From NCBI GenBank assembly GCA_965223265.1, contig OZ244999.1, positions 2,464,001 through 2,528,000 on the forward strand: 64,000 nt of DNA, read 5' to 3'. A model generated the notes under the pieces. That model saw only the letters and a list, made by a program, of their open reading frames with translations. It ran no database searches and was not told where the DNA came from. The translations under genes and the position numbers were made by a program. Numbering within the stretch: the first letter of the stretch is position 1; each line of letters starts with the position of its first letter. Origin of the DNA: Planctomycetota bacterium. Lineage in GTDB: Bacteria; Planctomycetota; UBA8108; SXIK01. Below are positions 39,684 through 50,128 of this stretch, piece after piece.

Positions 39684-40085
39684 ATGCCCCGCAGAGCCGA
39701 ACCGACACCTCGCCGACTTGAGACCGCACGCCTGCGCTTCGAGGAGTGGCGCGCCGAGCGCAAGCGTGGAGCGCGCATTCCGAAACGACTCTGGTCGCAG
39801 GCGGTCGAGCTTGCGAAAGAGTTTGGACTGCACCGCACCTCACGCGCTCTGGGGGTCGATTACGCGACATTGAAAAGACGAGCAGGCGCAGTCGGTGAAC
39901 CAGTCGTCGAGACACGGGAGCGCGGCGGCTTCGTCGAAGTCGCCGTGCCTCCCGCCGCTACACCTGGCTGCTGCACCATCGAGATCGAAGACGTCACAGG
40001 CCAGCGGATGCGCTTCAAGCTCCCGAGCATCGATCCGGCGACACTCACTTCCATCGCTCGTGCATTCCTTCGAAGCGAGTCATGA
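39684..40085 (+). CDS. tnpA: IS66 accessory protein TnpA
   Basis: FEEWR...RIPKRLW..AVELA...FVEV motif. Confidence 0.85.
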   Translation: MPRRAEPTPRRLETARLRFEEWRAERKRGARIPKRLWSQAVELAKEFGLHRTSRALGVDYATLKRRAGAVGEPVVETRERGGFVEVAVPPAATPGCCTIEIEDVTGQRMRFKLPSIDPATLTSIARAFLRSES

Positions 40086-40441
40086 TCCAAGTCACTCCAC
40101 AGATGCGGATCCTGGTGGCGGTCGAGCCGGCGGACTTCCGTAAGGGCATCGACGGTCTGGTGAGGATCTGCCGAGAGGAGCTTCCCGCCGATCCGTTCTC
40201 CGGCACTGTGTTCGTCTTCCGTAACCGGCGCCGGACGTCGATCAAAGTCGTCGTTTACGACGGCCAAGGATTTTGGCTCTGCCAGAAACGCCTGTCGACA
40301 GGACGTTTTCGCTTTTGGCCGAACTCTTCAGAGAAGAGTCGGCAGCTCGAAGCGCACGAGCTCCAGATGCTTCTCAGTGCTGGGAATCCAGAAGCCGGCG
40401 CGGCTCCAGAGCCGTGGAGAAGCGTCTGTGTGGCCGTCTGA
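40082..40441 (+). CDS. tnpB: IS66 accessory protein TnpB
   Basis: DFRKGIDGL...FVFRNRRR...YDGQGFWLCQKRL motif. Confidence 0.93.
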   Translation: MIQVTPQMRILVAVEPADFRKGIDGLVRICREELPADPFSGTVFVFRNRRRTSIKVVVYDGQGFWLCQKRLSTGRFRFWPNSSEKSRQLEAHELQMLLSAGNPEAGAAPEPWRSVCVAV

Positions 40442-40520
40442 TTTTTTTGAAAGAAACACTAGATTTTTGCGTTCCGCATCGCTACGCTCCAGCGTGCTAC
40501 CTCAGAGAGCATGACTGGAA

Positions 40521-42155
40521 GTGACGAAGAAACCTGAGCGAATCGATATCACCGAAGAGGAGCTCGAGGCGCTTGTTGAGCGCGTTGAGTCCGATCGCCT
40601 TGAGCCCGGCGACTACGAGGTGATCAAAGCGATGGCGGAGACGATTGCGTATCTCAGCCAAGCGATCGACCAAAAGGGCGTTCAGCTCAGGCGTCTTCTG
40701 CGCACGCTCTTTGGTTCTGGGAGCGAGAAGAGAGCGGAGGTTTTTGCTGAAGCGCTCGCCCGTGAGTCAGAGCAGTCAAGCTCGCCCGAGCCGGGAGAAG
40801 AAAGCGCAACTTCCGAAGCGGCGAGCGAGTCGGAAGCGACGGGCCATGGGCGTCGCGCCGCCAGCGAGTACACGGGCGCAGAGACGGTCGAGGTAAAGTT
40901 CGCGGGTCTCAGCTCGGGCGATCCCTGCCCAAAGTGCCCGAGCGGGAAAGTTTACGAACTGCCGGTTCTCGGCACGATCGTTCGAGTGAAAGGAACGACA
41001 CCGTTCGAAGCGACGGTGTACCGCCTTGAGAAGCTGCGCTGTAATCTCTGCGGCGAGATCTTCACCGCGGAGCCTCCCGCCGGAGTCGGCACAGAGAAGT
41101 ACGACGAGTCAGTGGTGAGTCTCCTTGCCGTACTGAAGTATGGCACCGGGATGCCCTTTTACCGACTTGAGAAGCTGCAGGAGTCACTCGGCGTGCCGCT
41201 ACCGTCCTCGACGCAGTGGGACATACTGAGTGGAGCGCTCAAGAGGATCGAGCCCGCTTATGACGAACTTTTCCGTCAGGCGGCACAGGGTGAAGTGATC
41301 CACAACGACGACACGACGGTGAAGATCCTGGAGCTCATGGGTAAACGGCGGGAGAATCTTCGCGATCCTCCGGAGCGTACGGGCATGTTCACAACGGGGC
41401 TAATATCGAAGAGGGAGTCACGAACGATTGCGCTTTTCTTCTCGGGATCGGACCACGCTGGTGAGAACCTGGAGAAGCTGCTGACGCTGCGGCAATCAAG
41501 CAGCGATCCGCCGATCCAGATGTGTGATGGTCTTGACCACAATCAACCAGCGGGGAAAGAGACCATCGTCGCCAATTGCCTCTCGCATGGTCGCCGCCGA
41601 TTCCTGGAAGTGATCGAGAACTTTCCCGCCGAAGTGCGCCATCTCATCGACGTGCTCGCCGAAGTGTACAAGGTCGACGGGCGAGCTCGCGCTGAAGCGC
41701 TCAGCGCGGAGGCGCGTCTTGAGCTTCACCAGAAGGAGAGTGCGCCGCTGATGGCGGACCTCCAGGAGTGGCTCGCGGCGCAGCTGAGCGAGAAGCGAGT
41801 CGAACCGAACTCGACTCTCGGTGAGGCGATCCAGTACATGCTGAAGCGCTGGGATGCGCTGACGCTGTTCCTCAGAAAACCCGGCGCCCCGCTCGATAAT
41901 AATATCTGTGAGCGCGGACTGAAGAAGGCGATCCTTAACCGGAAGAACTCGCTCTTCTTCAAGACGCGTCACGGCGCTCGCGTCGGTGATCTCTTCCTCA
42001 GCCTCATCCACACCGCCGAGCTCGCCGGCGCCAACCCGTTCGAGTACCTGAGCGCACTGCAAAGGAACTCAAAGATCGTCTCGAAGAAGCCACGCGACTG
42101 GATGCCGTGGAACTATCTTGAGACGCTCAAGAGCTCGGCGCCAACGACCCAGTAG
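40521..42155 (+). CDS. tnpC: IS66 DDE transposase TnpC
   Basis: Zn finger CPKC...CNLC, HNDDT, MCDG, CLSHGRRRF and DNNICER motifs. Confidence 0.93.
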   Translation: MTKKPERIDITEEELEALVERVESDRLEPGDYEVIKAMAETIAYLSQAIDQKGVQLRRLLRTLFGSGSEKRAEVFAEALARESEQSSSPEPGEESATSEAASESEATGHGRRAASEYTGAETVEVKFAGLSSGDPCPKCPSGKVYELPVLGTIVRVKGTTPFEATVYRLEKLRCNLCGEIFTAEPPAGVGTEKYDESVVSLLAVLKYGTGMPFYRLEKLQESLGVPLPSSTQWDILSGALKRIEPAYDELFRQAAQGEVIHNDDTTVKILELMGKRRENLRDPPERTGMFTTGLISKRESRTIALFFSGSDHAGENLEKLLTLRQSSSDPPIQMCDGLDHNQPAGKETIVANCLSHGRRRFLEVIENFPAEVRHLIDVLAEVYKVDGRARAEALSAEARLELHQKESAPLMADLQEWLAAQLSEKRVEPNSTLGEAIQYMLKRWDALTLFLRKPGAPLDNNICERGLKKAILNRKNSLFFKTRHGARVGDLFLSLIHTAELAGANPFEYLSALQRNSKIVSKKPRDWMPWNYLETLKSSAPTTQ

Positions 42156-42396
42156 CTTCGAGTGCGAACCGTCTCGTAACTGGGCCGGGAAGGCGCAACT
42201 CATCAGATTGGCGCTTTCCGGCCCCGCCGAACTTCCGGTGCGTCACGTGTCGGATAATTGCTCGGCGCGCGGCTGTCGGTGCGCCTCAACTCCGACCGCT
42301 CCGGGTGGGTGCTGCCAATTTTGCACGCCTGCCGGAAGGACACGGCCGAGACGGGGAGAGGGGAGGACGAAACGGGCGCGACTGGCGCAGGCGCGA

Positions 42397-42804
42397 CTAC
42401 TTCTCCTCAGCGGTCTGTTTGACCACCTTGCACGGGACGCCGTACGCGACGCAGTTGGCCGGGATGTCCTTGTTGACAAGGCTCATTGCGCCAACGACCG
42501 CGTTTTCGCCGACGGTGACGCCCGGGAGAATGACGCTGTGGCTGCCGATCTTGCAGTTTCTCTTGAGGTGGACAGGGCCTTCCTTCTCGTCGATCGTCGA
42601 CACGGTGTACACCGAGCAGTGCGAGCCGATCTGTACCTCGTCCTCGATAATGACACCGAACTTGGCGTTGATGTACGTGAACGCACCAATGTCGGTTCGG
42701 TGGCCGAGCTCGAGTCCGTCCTTGTTTTGCACCAACCAGTTGTACTTGGTGAGCTCACCTTCCTCGATCGCCGGCGGCTTCCAATCTGCGAACCTGTCGG
42801 TCAT
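42397..42804 (-). CDS. Hexapeptide-repeat acetyltransferase
   Basis: Left-handed beta-helix repeats (ILPGVTVGENAVVGAMSLV...GVP); ATGA overlap. Confidence 0.88.
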   Translation of the reverse strand: MTDRFADWKPPAIEEGELTKYNWLVQNKDGLELGHRTDIGAFTYINAKFGVIIEDEVQIGSHCSVYTVSTIDEKEGPVHLKRNCKIGSHSVILPGVTVGENAVVGAMSLVNKDIPANCVAYGVPCKVVKQTAEEK

Positions 42805-43457
42805 TCGCTCTGCGCCTCCTGCTGCGGGCGCTCCGTCCCTCTTCCGCTGTCGCTCGCGGTGCTCCCGGCCACGGTACCGGTGAACTTCGGCATGGTCGCG
42901 TGACCGGGCGCGTTGATCGCCCGCGGCCTGACGATCTGGCCGACCGTCCGGAAGAGGATTCTTACATCCAACCAAAACGATTGGTTTTGCACATACCACA
43001 CGTCGAGTTCGAACTTCTCCTCCCACGAACGAGAGTTTCGCCCATTGATCTGCGCCCACCCGGTGATCCCCGGTTTGACGTCATGGCGGCGTGCTTGCTC
43101 TGGAGAGTAGAGGGGGAGGTACTCCATGAGGAGCGGCCGCGGGCCGACCAGGCTGAGCTCACCTTTCACCACGTTCCACAGCGCCGGTAGCTCGTCCAAG
43201 CTTGTCTTACGCAAAAAGCTTCCGTAGCCCGTCAAGCGCTCGGCATCGGGGAGCGGATGGCCAGCGCCATCGCACGCGTTCGTCATGGTACGAAACTTGA
43301 TCATGAGGAACGGTTCTCCATGGAGGCCAGGGCGCTCCTGGCGAAAGAATACCGGCGAACCAAGGAGGATGCGATTCAACATCGCGATCACGAGCAGCAC
43401 GGGCGACAGCAGGATCAGCCCGAGACTCGCCGCGACGAAATCAACGCACCGTTTCAT
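42801..43457 (-). CDS. PglC-like initiating phosphoglycosyl transferase
   Basis: KFRTM, SLDELP, LVGPRP and KPGITGWAQ motifs. Confidence 0.93.
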   Translation of the reverse strand: MKRCVDFVAASLGLILLSPVLLVIAMLNRILLGSPVFFRQERPGLHGEPFLMIKFRTMTNACDGAGHPLPDAERLTGYGSFLRKTSLDELPALWNVVKGELSLVGPRPLLMEYLPLYSPEQARRHDVKPGITGWAQINGRNSRSWEEKFELDVWYVQNQSFWLDVRILFRTVGQIVRPRAINAPGHATMPKFTGTVAGSTASDSGRGTERPQQEAQSE

Positions 43458-44673
43458 GGAATTCTTCGAGGTAGTCGACGAGGCGGTTCGCCAGCTGCTG
43501 TCGACTGAACTCGCGCTCTGCCAGTTTTCTGCCGTTTCGGCCCATCTCATGGCGCTCGTCCGGATGGTCTGCTAAATAAATCAGTGCATCGGCGAAAGCT
43601 TCCGGGTCTTCGGGCGCTACAGCGATGCCGCACCTGTTCTCTCCAATCATATCGGCCAACCAGCCCGGATAGTTGTTGAGAACCGGCAGACTCGCGGCGA
43701 TGTAGTCGAAAAACTTGTTGGGCGACGTCCCGTAGCGAAACGCCGGACAGTTGGCGAGAACCATGAGGCCGACGTCTGCGCAGCGAATGAGCTCCGCGAG
43801 GCGCGTTTTCGGCACCGGGTCGAGAAACAAACAGTTGTCCAGCTCGTCCTGCTCGGCTCGCGCGACGAGCTGGGGCTTGAGCTTTCCATCGCCGATAAAG
43901 ACGAGCCGGATGTCCTTCCGACCGCGCCCCGCGAGAACTGCTGCAGCGTCGAGGATGCTGCCGAGCCCATTGGCGATCCCGTGGGTGCCGGTAAACACCG
44001 CGACGAACTCGCCCTCGCGGGCGCCGGGGAAAGCGCGATCGCTGCTTGCGGCGTCTCCGAAGAGCTCGAGGTCGCAGCCGTTCGGCACCATGATCGTGCG
44101 CGACCCAGGTCGACTGCGTCCTTCGATCCCACGAACGATGCCCGGAGACAGTCCGACACATCCGTTCGCGGCGCGATAACTCAACCACTCGAGAAGGTCC
44201 ATTGCCTTGAGGATCACCGGGTTGGTGATCACTCCCATTTCGCGCGGTAGCTCCGGCCATAGATCGCGCACCTCGAAGACGAAGGGTTTGCGCCGGCGCA
44301 GCAGCCTCATGCAGATGCCTGGGATCCCCGCCGTCAGTGGCGTCGAGGTCGCGAAAAGAAGATCGTACTTCGTCGATAGTGCAACGCGAAGACTACGCAT
44401 GGAAAAAGCGAGAAACGTCCACGTGCGCTTCAGAAAACCATCGCGATTCGAGTAGGGGAGGCAAAACTCTACGACCTTAATTCCGTCGACGACGCCGCGG
44501 CGGACACCGCGCACCGGTTCGCCTTTGAGTCCCGTGTCGGCGACTCCGTAGGCGCCGCACACCATGGTCACCTCATGACCTCGCGAGATGAGACACCGCG
44601 CCATTTCATAGGACCGCGTTCCGGTGGCGCCCTCGGGTGTCGAAAAGTGTTGATGGAAGTAGAGGACGTGCAT
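43441..44673 (-). CDS. GT4 glycosyltransferase (WbuB-like)
   Basis: FEVRDLWPE, PNG.D and SPNKFFDY motifs. Confidence 0.92.
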   Translation of the reverse strand: MHVLYFHQHFSTPEGATGTRSYEMARCLISRGHEVTMVCGAYGVADTGLKGEPVRGVRRGVVDGIKVVEFCLPYSNRDGFLKRTWTFLAFSMRSLRVALSTKYDLLFATSTPLTAGIPGICMRLLRRRKPFVFEVRDLWPELPREMGVITNPVILKAMDLLEWLSYRAANGCVGLSPGIVRGIEGRSRPGSRTIMVPNGCDLELFGDAASSDRAFPGAREGEFVAVFTGTHGIANGLGSILDAAAVLAGRGRKDIRLVFIGDGKLKPQLVARAEQDELDNCLFLDPVPKTRLAELIRCADVGLMVLANCPAFRYGTSPNKFFDYIAASLPVLNNYPGWLADMIGENRCGIAVAPEDPEAFADALIYLADHPDERHEMGRNGRKLAEREFSRQQLANRLVDYLEEFHETVR

Positions 44674-44722
44674 GATGCGTTTCCTGACCGCTAGGCCTCT
44701 TCGACCGGCCGGTGCATGACCT

Positions 44723-46633
44723 TCAGCTGAGATGAATCGAAGTGGTGATGCTGTACGTGCCCGGCTGCTCGATCTTTGCCTCGAGCACTGGAAGCTGTGT
44801 GCGTCTCAAATAGTAGAGGGACTCCCAACCAGCAGTCATCGAAAGAGCTATCGACGCATCTCCGGCGTCGATTTCCAGTCGACCGAGCGAACTCTCGCAG
44901 GCGTTACCGTCGAGGCTCCAGTTTTCCGGCGCCAAGCGCCAACGAAGCACCGCCGACCGACGGAAGCCGGAGACTGTATCGCGTACGAGCCAACGATCGT
45001 TCGATACCTCCACTCGGCGCTGGTGCGTGCAGCCTCTGTAATCTGTGTAGGCGCCTTGCCAGACGGCACCGCCCGACGTCGTCGTGAGATCCCTCTGCGT
45101 CTTGACAGCCGTCCAAGCGCCGAACAGGAAACGACCTATTCGCGGCATTTGGTCGCGACTGTCGAACTCCACCGTACTGTGACCCCTGGTGCCAGTGAAG
45201 TCATCGTACAGTTCGGGCTCGCAGTTGTAGCTGAACGAGCCACCATCGCGGATGACGTTGCAGCCTTTGTGCCAAAGATCCAAATGGAGCAGGTCGGAGT
45301 GAGGCGGGCGAAAGCGTGTGTTGGACGTGCGGACCAAAGCCCACGATTTGTGGCTGCGCATGACGACAAACCCGCCACCAGGGAAAGTTTGGCTGCTTCG
45401 GGTCAAACGCCGCGCCGTGCTATCGTGACAAACCTTCACGTCGAGCCAGCGTAGCGCCTCGTCCCAAGGGCCAGAGGGGAAGGCGGTCGCGTCGCAAAAC
45501 AGAGCGGCGCCAAGCTGAACCGACGGACGAAAGTCGCGGTAGTCGCAGGCGCTGAGTGGCAGCAACTGCGCGCCGTCGTTACCGCCCAAGTTGGGGGCGT
45601 CACCGGAGACGTCATCGACGAGTTGGTAAAGCCAATGCACGGCGGCGCGAGCGCGCTCTCGAAACGTCTCGGAAAAGCCGCGGAGGTCGAACGCCATCTG
45701 CCAAAACTTCGACACGCTCAGGGTGTCGAGCAGGAGGCGGTGGTACGTGACGGACGACTGCGAAAATGATCCGTCTGGAAAGATCAGTTTCTTTACTCGG
45801 TCTTCTAGCCAAATCCGACCCATCGACGACCAGTTCTCCGCCTTCGCCGTCATCGTACTCGCCGATTCATCCGACTCTTGCCGTTTGAGCCAACTGCCAG
45901 CGACGAACAATGCCGCCGCTTCGCTCGTGCCGTGATTGTTGTTCTGCGCGATTGCATAGCGAATGGTTGCAGCGATCCGCGTGCAGTGTTCGTCAACGAA
46001 GCGTGTCAGAGCCGGGGTTGGCTGGTCCAGTTGCTGGAGGAAGAATCCGCTCAGAAGCACATGCAGGAGGCGAATCGATGTTTCCTGACCGCACTTCCAG
46101 TTCGGGCCGCGGTTGAGCGGATTGGCGGCGGTCCAGCTGGAGATCCAGCGATTGAGAAGGTCACAGTGTCTGGCGTCACCCGTCACACGATGAGCCTGCG
46201 CTAGTTTCACAGCCCAGTCGAAGCGCGAGGGCTCCCAAACGGTTTTGATGTCGCCGACGCCTGCAGAAAAATCGCTGATCTCGACCCAATGGGTGTTGGG
46301 CTCGCTCAGTCGAGCTCCAGTGAACGGATTACAGAACCAGTGCGGCGGATCGCCGACGTCGAACTCGTGTGCTGAAAAGAAGCGCATCCGGCCAGCGTGA
46401 AGATTCTCCACTTCTTGAGCGAGAAGACGCCGCGACTCTCCATCGATTTTCACCTTCTGCGGATTCTGGAGCGGTGTGAAGAAATCGCCGTCCCAGGGTT
46501 TCCCCGACGGCAGCCATACTTTGCGAGCACCGCTCTTAAGCGTCGCGCGGTAGTACGCCGTGTAGAGCACGTTTCGCAGCCCCAGCCGCGGGATCGTTGC
46601 GAGCATCCAGCGCATGCGGTCGAGGGAGGCCAA
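44723..46633 (-). CDS. Heparinase II/III-like protein
   Basis: WEPSRF, QNNNH, HSDLLH and DGGSFSY motifs. Confidence 0.85.
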   Translation of the reverse strand: MASLDRMRWMLATIPRLGLRNVLYTAYYRATLKSGARKVWLPSGKPWDGDFFTPLQNPQKVKIDGESRRLLAQEVENLHAGRMRFFSAHEFDVGDPPHWFCNPFTGARLSEPNTHWVEISDFSAGVGDIKTVWEPSRFDWAVKLAQAHRVTGDARHCDLLNRWISSWTAANPLNRGPNWKCGQETSIRLLHVLLSGFFLQQLDQPTPALTRFVDEHCTRIAATIRYAIAQNNNHGTSEAAALFVAGSWLKRQESDESASTMTAKAENWSSMGRIWLEDRVKKLIFPDGSFSQSSVTYHRLLLDTLSVSKFWQMAFDLRGFSETFRERARAAVHWLYQLVDDVSGDAPNLGGNDGAQLLPLSACDYRDFRPSVQLGAALFCDATAFPSGPWDEALRWLDVKVCHDSTARRLTRSSQTFPGGGFVVMRSHKSWALVRTSNTRFRPPHSDLLHLDLWHKGCNVIRDGGSFSYNCEPELYDDFTGTRGHSTVEFDSRDQMPRIGRFLFGAWTAVKTQRDLTTTSGGAVWQGAYTDYRGCTHQRRVEVSNDRWLVRDTVSGFRRSAVLRWRLAPENWSLDGNACESSLGRLEIDAGDASIALSMTAGWESLYYLRRTQLPVLEAKIEQPGTYSITTSIHLS

Positions 46634-46708
46634 GCGTCTAACCGTCCGGGGAAGGGTTTGAGTTGCGTTCGACGATCCTTGTCTCGCGCCGTGGAGTCAC
46701 AATTATGA

Positions 46709-47941
46709 TCAACACGAAGCGACGTGCAGAACTTTAGCAGCCGCGCGGCAGAGATCGTCGATCTCGGAGGTGCCCAGCGTTGGGTGAACCTGAAACATGA
46801 GGCTGCTCTCACCCAACTCGCTGGCAACGGGAAGGCGCTTTCGCGGTCTCAGATCATCCGTGTCGAACGCCTTTTCCAGGTAAACCTCGGAGCAAGAGCC
46901 TACGAAGCAGGGGACGCCTTCAGCGTTGATCGCGGTCAAAACGCGGTCACGGTCCCAGCCGGATCGGAGTCGCTCGCTGCGTAGAAACATGTAGTATTTG
47001 TAGTACGAGTGTCGCACGTGCGACGGCGGCTCCGTAAGACGCAGCGCCGGAAGCTCTCGCAATCGACTCGTCAGATGAGCCGCATGGCCTAGCCTCGTGT
47101 CCACTTGGTCGGCGAGCTTGCGCAGCTGAGCGCGCCCGATCGCCGCTTGAAATTCGGTCAGACGCCAGTTGGTCCCGAACGACTCGTGGAGCCAACGAAA
47201 TCCAGGTCCATGCTTCTTGTGGTAGACCGTGTCGTAATTCTTGCCGTGGTCTTTGTAGGCCCACATGCGTTCCCAGAGTTTGGCATCGTTCGTCACCACC
47301 ATGCCACCCTCGCCGCCCGTTGACATGATCTTGTCGTTGCAAAAGGAGAACGCCGCGGCGTCGCCGAAAGAGCCGACAGGGTGTCCGTTGTAGGTGGCGC
47401 CGTGCGCTTGGGCGCAGTCTTCGATCACCTTCAGGCCGAGCTCTTCCGCCAGCTTCCGAATCGGTTCCATCTCACAGGGCCAGCCAGCGAGGTGTACGGC
47501 GATGATCGCTTTGGTCTTGGGCGAGCAGAGTGGCCGGATCGTGTCGACGGTGATGTTCTGGCTCACGGGATCGACGTCGGCGAATACTGGGCGCGCCCCA
47601 ACGAGTATGACTGACGACGCAGACGCGATGAACGTCCGTGCCGGCACGATCACTTCGTCGCCCCGACCGATGTCGAGCGCGGAGAGCACGAGTTCGAGTG
47701 CAACGCTTCCGTTTGCAACTGCGACGGCGTGATCGACTTCGCAGTGAGCCGCGAACTCTGCTTCGAACTGGCGACATTCCTCTCCGGTCCAGTAGTTCGC
47801 CTTGCCGGAGCGCAGGACGTTCGCAGCCGCCTCGACTTCGTCCGCGGCGAAGTGAGGCCATGGTGGAAATGGTTCTTTCCGGATCGGAGTGCCGCCGTCG
47901 GCGGCCAATCGGACATCGGTTGATTGTTGCAACTCGGTCAT
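46709..47941 (-). CDS. DegT/DnrJ/EryC1/StrS sugar aminotransferase
   Basis: VHLAG, EDCAQAHG and SFCNDKIMSTGGEGG (PLP lysine) motifs. Confidence 0.93.
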   Translation of the reverse strand: MTELQQSTDVRLAADGGTPIRKEPFPPWPHFAADEVEAAANVLRSGKANYWTGEECRQFEAEFAAHCEVDHAVAVANGSVALELVLSALDIGRGDEVIVPARTFIASASSVILVGARPVFADVDPVSQNITVDTIRPLCSPKTKAIIAVHLAGWPCEMEPIRKLAEELGLKVIEDCAQAHGATYNGHPVGSFGDAAAFSFCNDKIMSTGGEGGMVVTNDAKLWERMWAYKDHGKNYDTVYHKKHGPGFRWLHESFGTNWRLTEFQAAIGRAQLRKLADQVDTRLGHAAHLTSRLRELPALRLTEPPSHVRHSYYKYYMFLRSERLRSGWDRDRVLTAINAEGVPCFVGSCSEVYLEKAFDTDDLRPRKRLPVASELGESSLMFQVHPTLGTSEIDDLCRAAAKVLHVASC

Positions 47942-48148
47942 CCTGCGTGCGCGATCTGGGAGTGCGTCTCCTCGAAGCAGCCGGCACACTCTGTATTCCG
48001 TCGGTCTGGTCTCAAGCCACGGCACACGGAGTGTGTCCTGCTACTTTTTCGGACAGAAGTTTTCAACGGGCTGTTAAGCCGTTCACTCGAGAGCGATTCA
48101 AATACATCCCGCCATCGATGTCAAAGCACGCGCTTGGTTTGCCGCCGT

Positions 48149-50128
48149 TCACGAAAGCCCTGGCCAGCTCACGGGACCTTCCGGCTGAGAGCTCTCCGCA
48201 CTGACCGACGGTGACGACTGGTGGCGGGTCGCCGCCGGGAAGCGGCTGGAGACCGGCGCCGGCGTAGTCTTCCGGGCGACCTCGAGTGCCGCCAACGTCT
48301 CCTGGTGGACGGGTGAAAAATCGGCAACGAGTTCGGTCAAAATGCGAAGCGCCGTGGGACGGTCTCCCTCTCTCGCTGTGGTGAAGAGAGTGGTTAACCG
48401 CGCGGCCAGATCCGGCCACTCCATTGCAGGCGGTGGGGCGCCATCGATCCAAACTTCCGGGCACGACGTTCTGGAATCTTCGGAGTCGATGAGAAGTTCC
48501 TCATAGATCTTCTCGCCAGGCCGCACACCGGTGAATTCGATGCGGATCTCGTGGCCAGGTTCTTTTCCCATGAGCCGGATCAGGTCAGTCGCCATGTCGG
48601 CGATGCGAACCGGCTCTCCCATGTCGAGCACGAACACCTCGCCGCCCTCGCCGATCGACCCAGCCTGGATCACGAGCTCCACGGCCTCCGACGTCAACAT
48701 GAAGAAGCGCGTCATCTCCGGGTGGGTGACTGTAACGGGACCGCCGCGGCGGATTTGTTCGCGGAATTTGGGTACGACGCTGCCCGAGCTTCCAAGTACG
48801 TTGCCGAACCTCACCGAGCAGAAACGCGTCGAGCTCTGCTCGTTCAGGACCTGCATGATGATTTCACCGAGTCGTTTCGTCGCGCCCATGACGTTGACCG
48901 TACGCACCGCTTTGTCCGTCGAGATGAACACGAACTCATTCGTGCCGTGGGTGTGAGCCGCGAGCGCCACATGGTAGAGGCCCTGCACGTTTGCGACGAT
49001 TCCTTCGCACGGGTTGAGCTCGACCAGCGGCACGTGTTTGTACGCCGCGGCGTGGAAAACGATTTCGGGGCGCGCTTGGCGGAACATGCGTTCAACGCTC
49101 GCGGCGTCGCGAACGTCGACGAGGTAGGGGTGCTCGAGGCACCTGTTCCCGGTCGCCGCGACTTCGCCGTGGATGCGAAAGAGGTTGTACTCGCAAGTGT
49201 CGCAGAGCGATAGAGAGGCCGGCTCGAGCTGGCTGACTTGGCGCACGAGTTCGCTGCCGACGCTGCCACCCGCGCCAGTGATCAACACGCGGCGACCGCG
49301 CAGCCAGCTGCGCATGCGGTCTCGATCCAGTTTGCGAGACGGTCGCCTGAGAAGATCGGAGATATCCGGCTCGTGAAACGAGGCGAGATCCGATGCGAGC
49401 AGCGCAGACTCAAGCCGCGGGAGTACCTTGACGCGCACGCCTTTTGCTTGCGCGCAGTTGTACACAGCCCGCAGCCGCTCGCCGGCGAGCTTGTCGATGC
49501 AGACCCAGATTTCGTCGACGGGGATGCGGTCGAGAGTGTCACTCAGAGTTTCGACGCCGCCGAAGATCTTGACCCCGTGGATCTCCTGGCCATGTTTAGT
49601 GGGGTCGTCGTCGATCAGCGCCTTCGCCGCGTAGTCAAACTTGAGCGACATGCGGAGGCCACGCAGGACAAGCTCCGCCGTGTCGCCGGCGCCGTAGAGA
49701 ATCACCCGCGTCGCATCGCCCGCGACTCGCTGGCGGTACGGCAGGCGAAACGCGAATCGGACGCCGCCGATGAGGAGGAGCGCTTCCATGCCGTAGATGA
49801 CGAACACGCTGCGCGGCACACCGTCGAGACGAAAGAGCATGAAGAGTGCCAAGCAGGAGAGCAGCACGGACCAGAGGACGGCCTTGACGACCGCGAGCGC
49901 GGTGGCCGTACTGGTGTAGCGTAGGATGCCGCTATAGAGTCGGTGGCGAGCCTGGGTGACGATACCGACGCCGAGGATGACGGGCAGCGTCTGCAGGATC
50001 GTGCCGTGGTAGCGGGTTGACTCCGTCCAGCCCACACGCAGCACGAAGGCGCCGTAGTAGGCCGCTGCCAGCAGCACGCCGTCCAGCGCCATGAGGCCCA
50101 GTTTGCGCCACGGTCCTCGCAGGTTCAT
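48149..50128 (-). CDS. Membrane-bound UDP-GlcNAc 4,6-dehydratase (CapD/WbpM/PglF family)
   Basis: Four N-terminal TMs; GAGGSVG, HAAAYKHVP, STDKAV and RFGNVLGSSGS motifs. Confidence 0.93.
   Translation of the reverse strand: MNLRGPWRKLGLMALDGVLLAAAYYGAFVLRVGWTESTRYHGTILQTLPVILGVGIVTQARHRLYSGILRYTSTATALAVVKAVLWSVLLSCLALFMLFRLDGVPRSVFVIYGMEALLLIGGVRFAFRLPYRQRVAGDATRVILYGAGDTAELVLRGLRMSLKFDYAAKALIDDDPTKHGQEIHGVKIFGGVETLSDTLDRIPVDEIWVCIDKLAGERLRAVYNCAQAKGVRVKVLPRLESALLASDLASFHEPDISDLLRRPSRKLDRDRMRSWLRGRRVLITGAGGSVGSELVRQVSQLEPASLSLCDTCEYNLFRIHGEVAATGNRCLEHPYLVDVRDAASVERMFRQARPEIVFHAAAYKHVPLVELNPCEGIVANVQGLYHVALAAHTHGTNEFVFISTDKAVRTVNVMGATKRLGEIIMQVLNEQSSTRFCSVRFGNVLGSSGSVVPKFREQIRRGGPVTVTHPEMTRFFMLTSEAVELVIQAGSIGEGGEVFVLDMGEPVRIADMATDLIRLMGKEPGHEIRIEFTGVRPGEKIYEELLIDSEDSRTSCPEVWIDGAPPPAMEWPDLAARLTTLFTTAREGDRPTALRILTELVADFSPVHQETLAALEVARKTTPAPVSSRFPAATRHQSSPSVSAESSQPEGPVSWPGLS

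Larger units (their letters stand above)
39599..42343 (+). mobile_element. Intact IS66-family element
   Basis: 22-bp IRs GTGTCCTTCCGGCAAGCCTGCA and GTGTCCTTCCGGCAGGCGTGCA; 8-bp TSD GGCCGAGA (39591-39598, 42344-42351). Confidence 0.95.

Noticed and set aside
38339-39915. ORFs running through the repeat array (EERTWDR / NEPGTG peptides)
   Set aside because: All frames give repetitive translations with no RBS or domain; best explained as by-products of the DNA repeat.
40082-40441. RNA-guided TnpB nuclease
   Set aside because: This is the unrelated 119-aa IS66 accessory TnpB, with no RuvC motifs.
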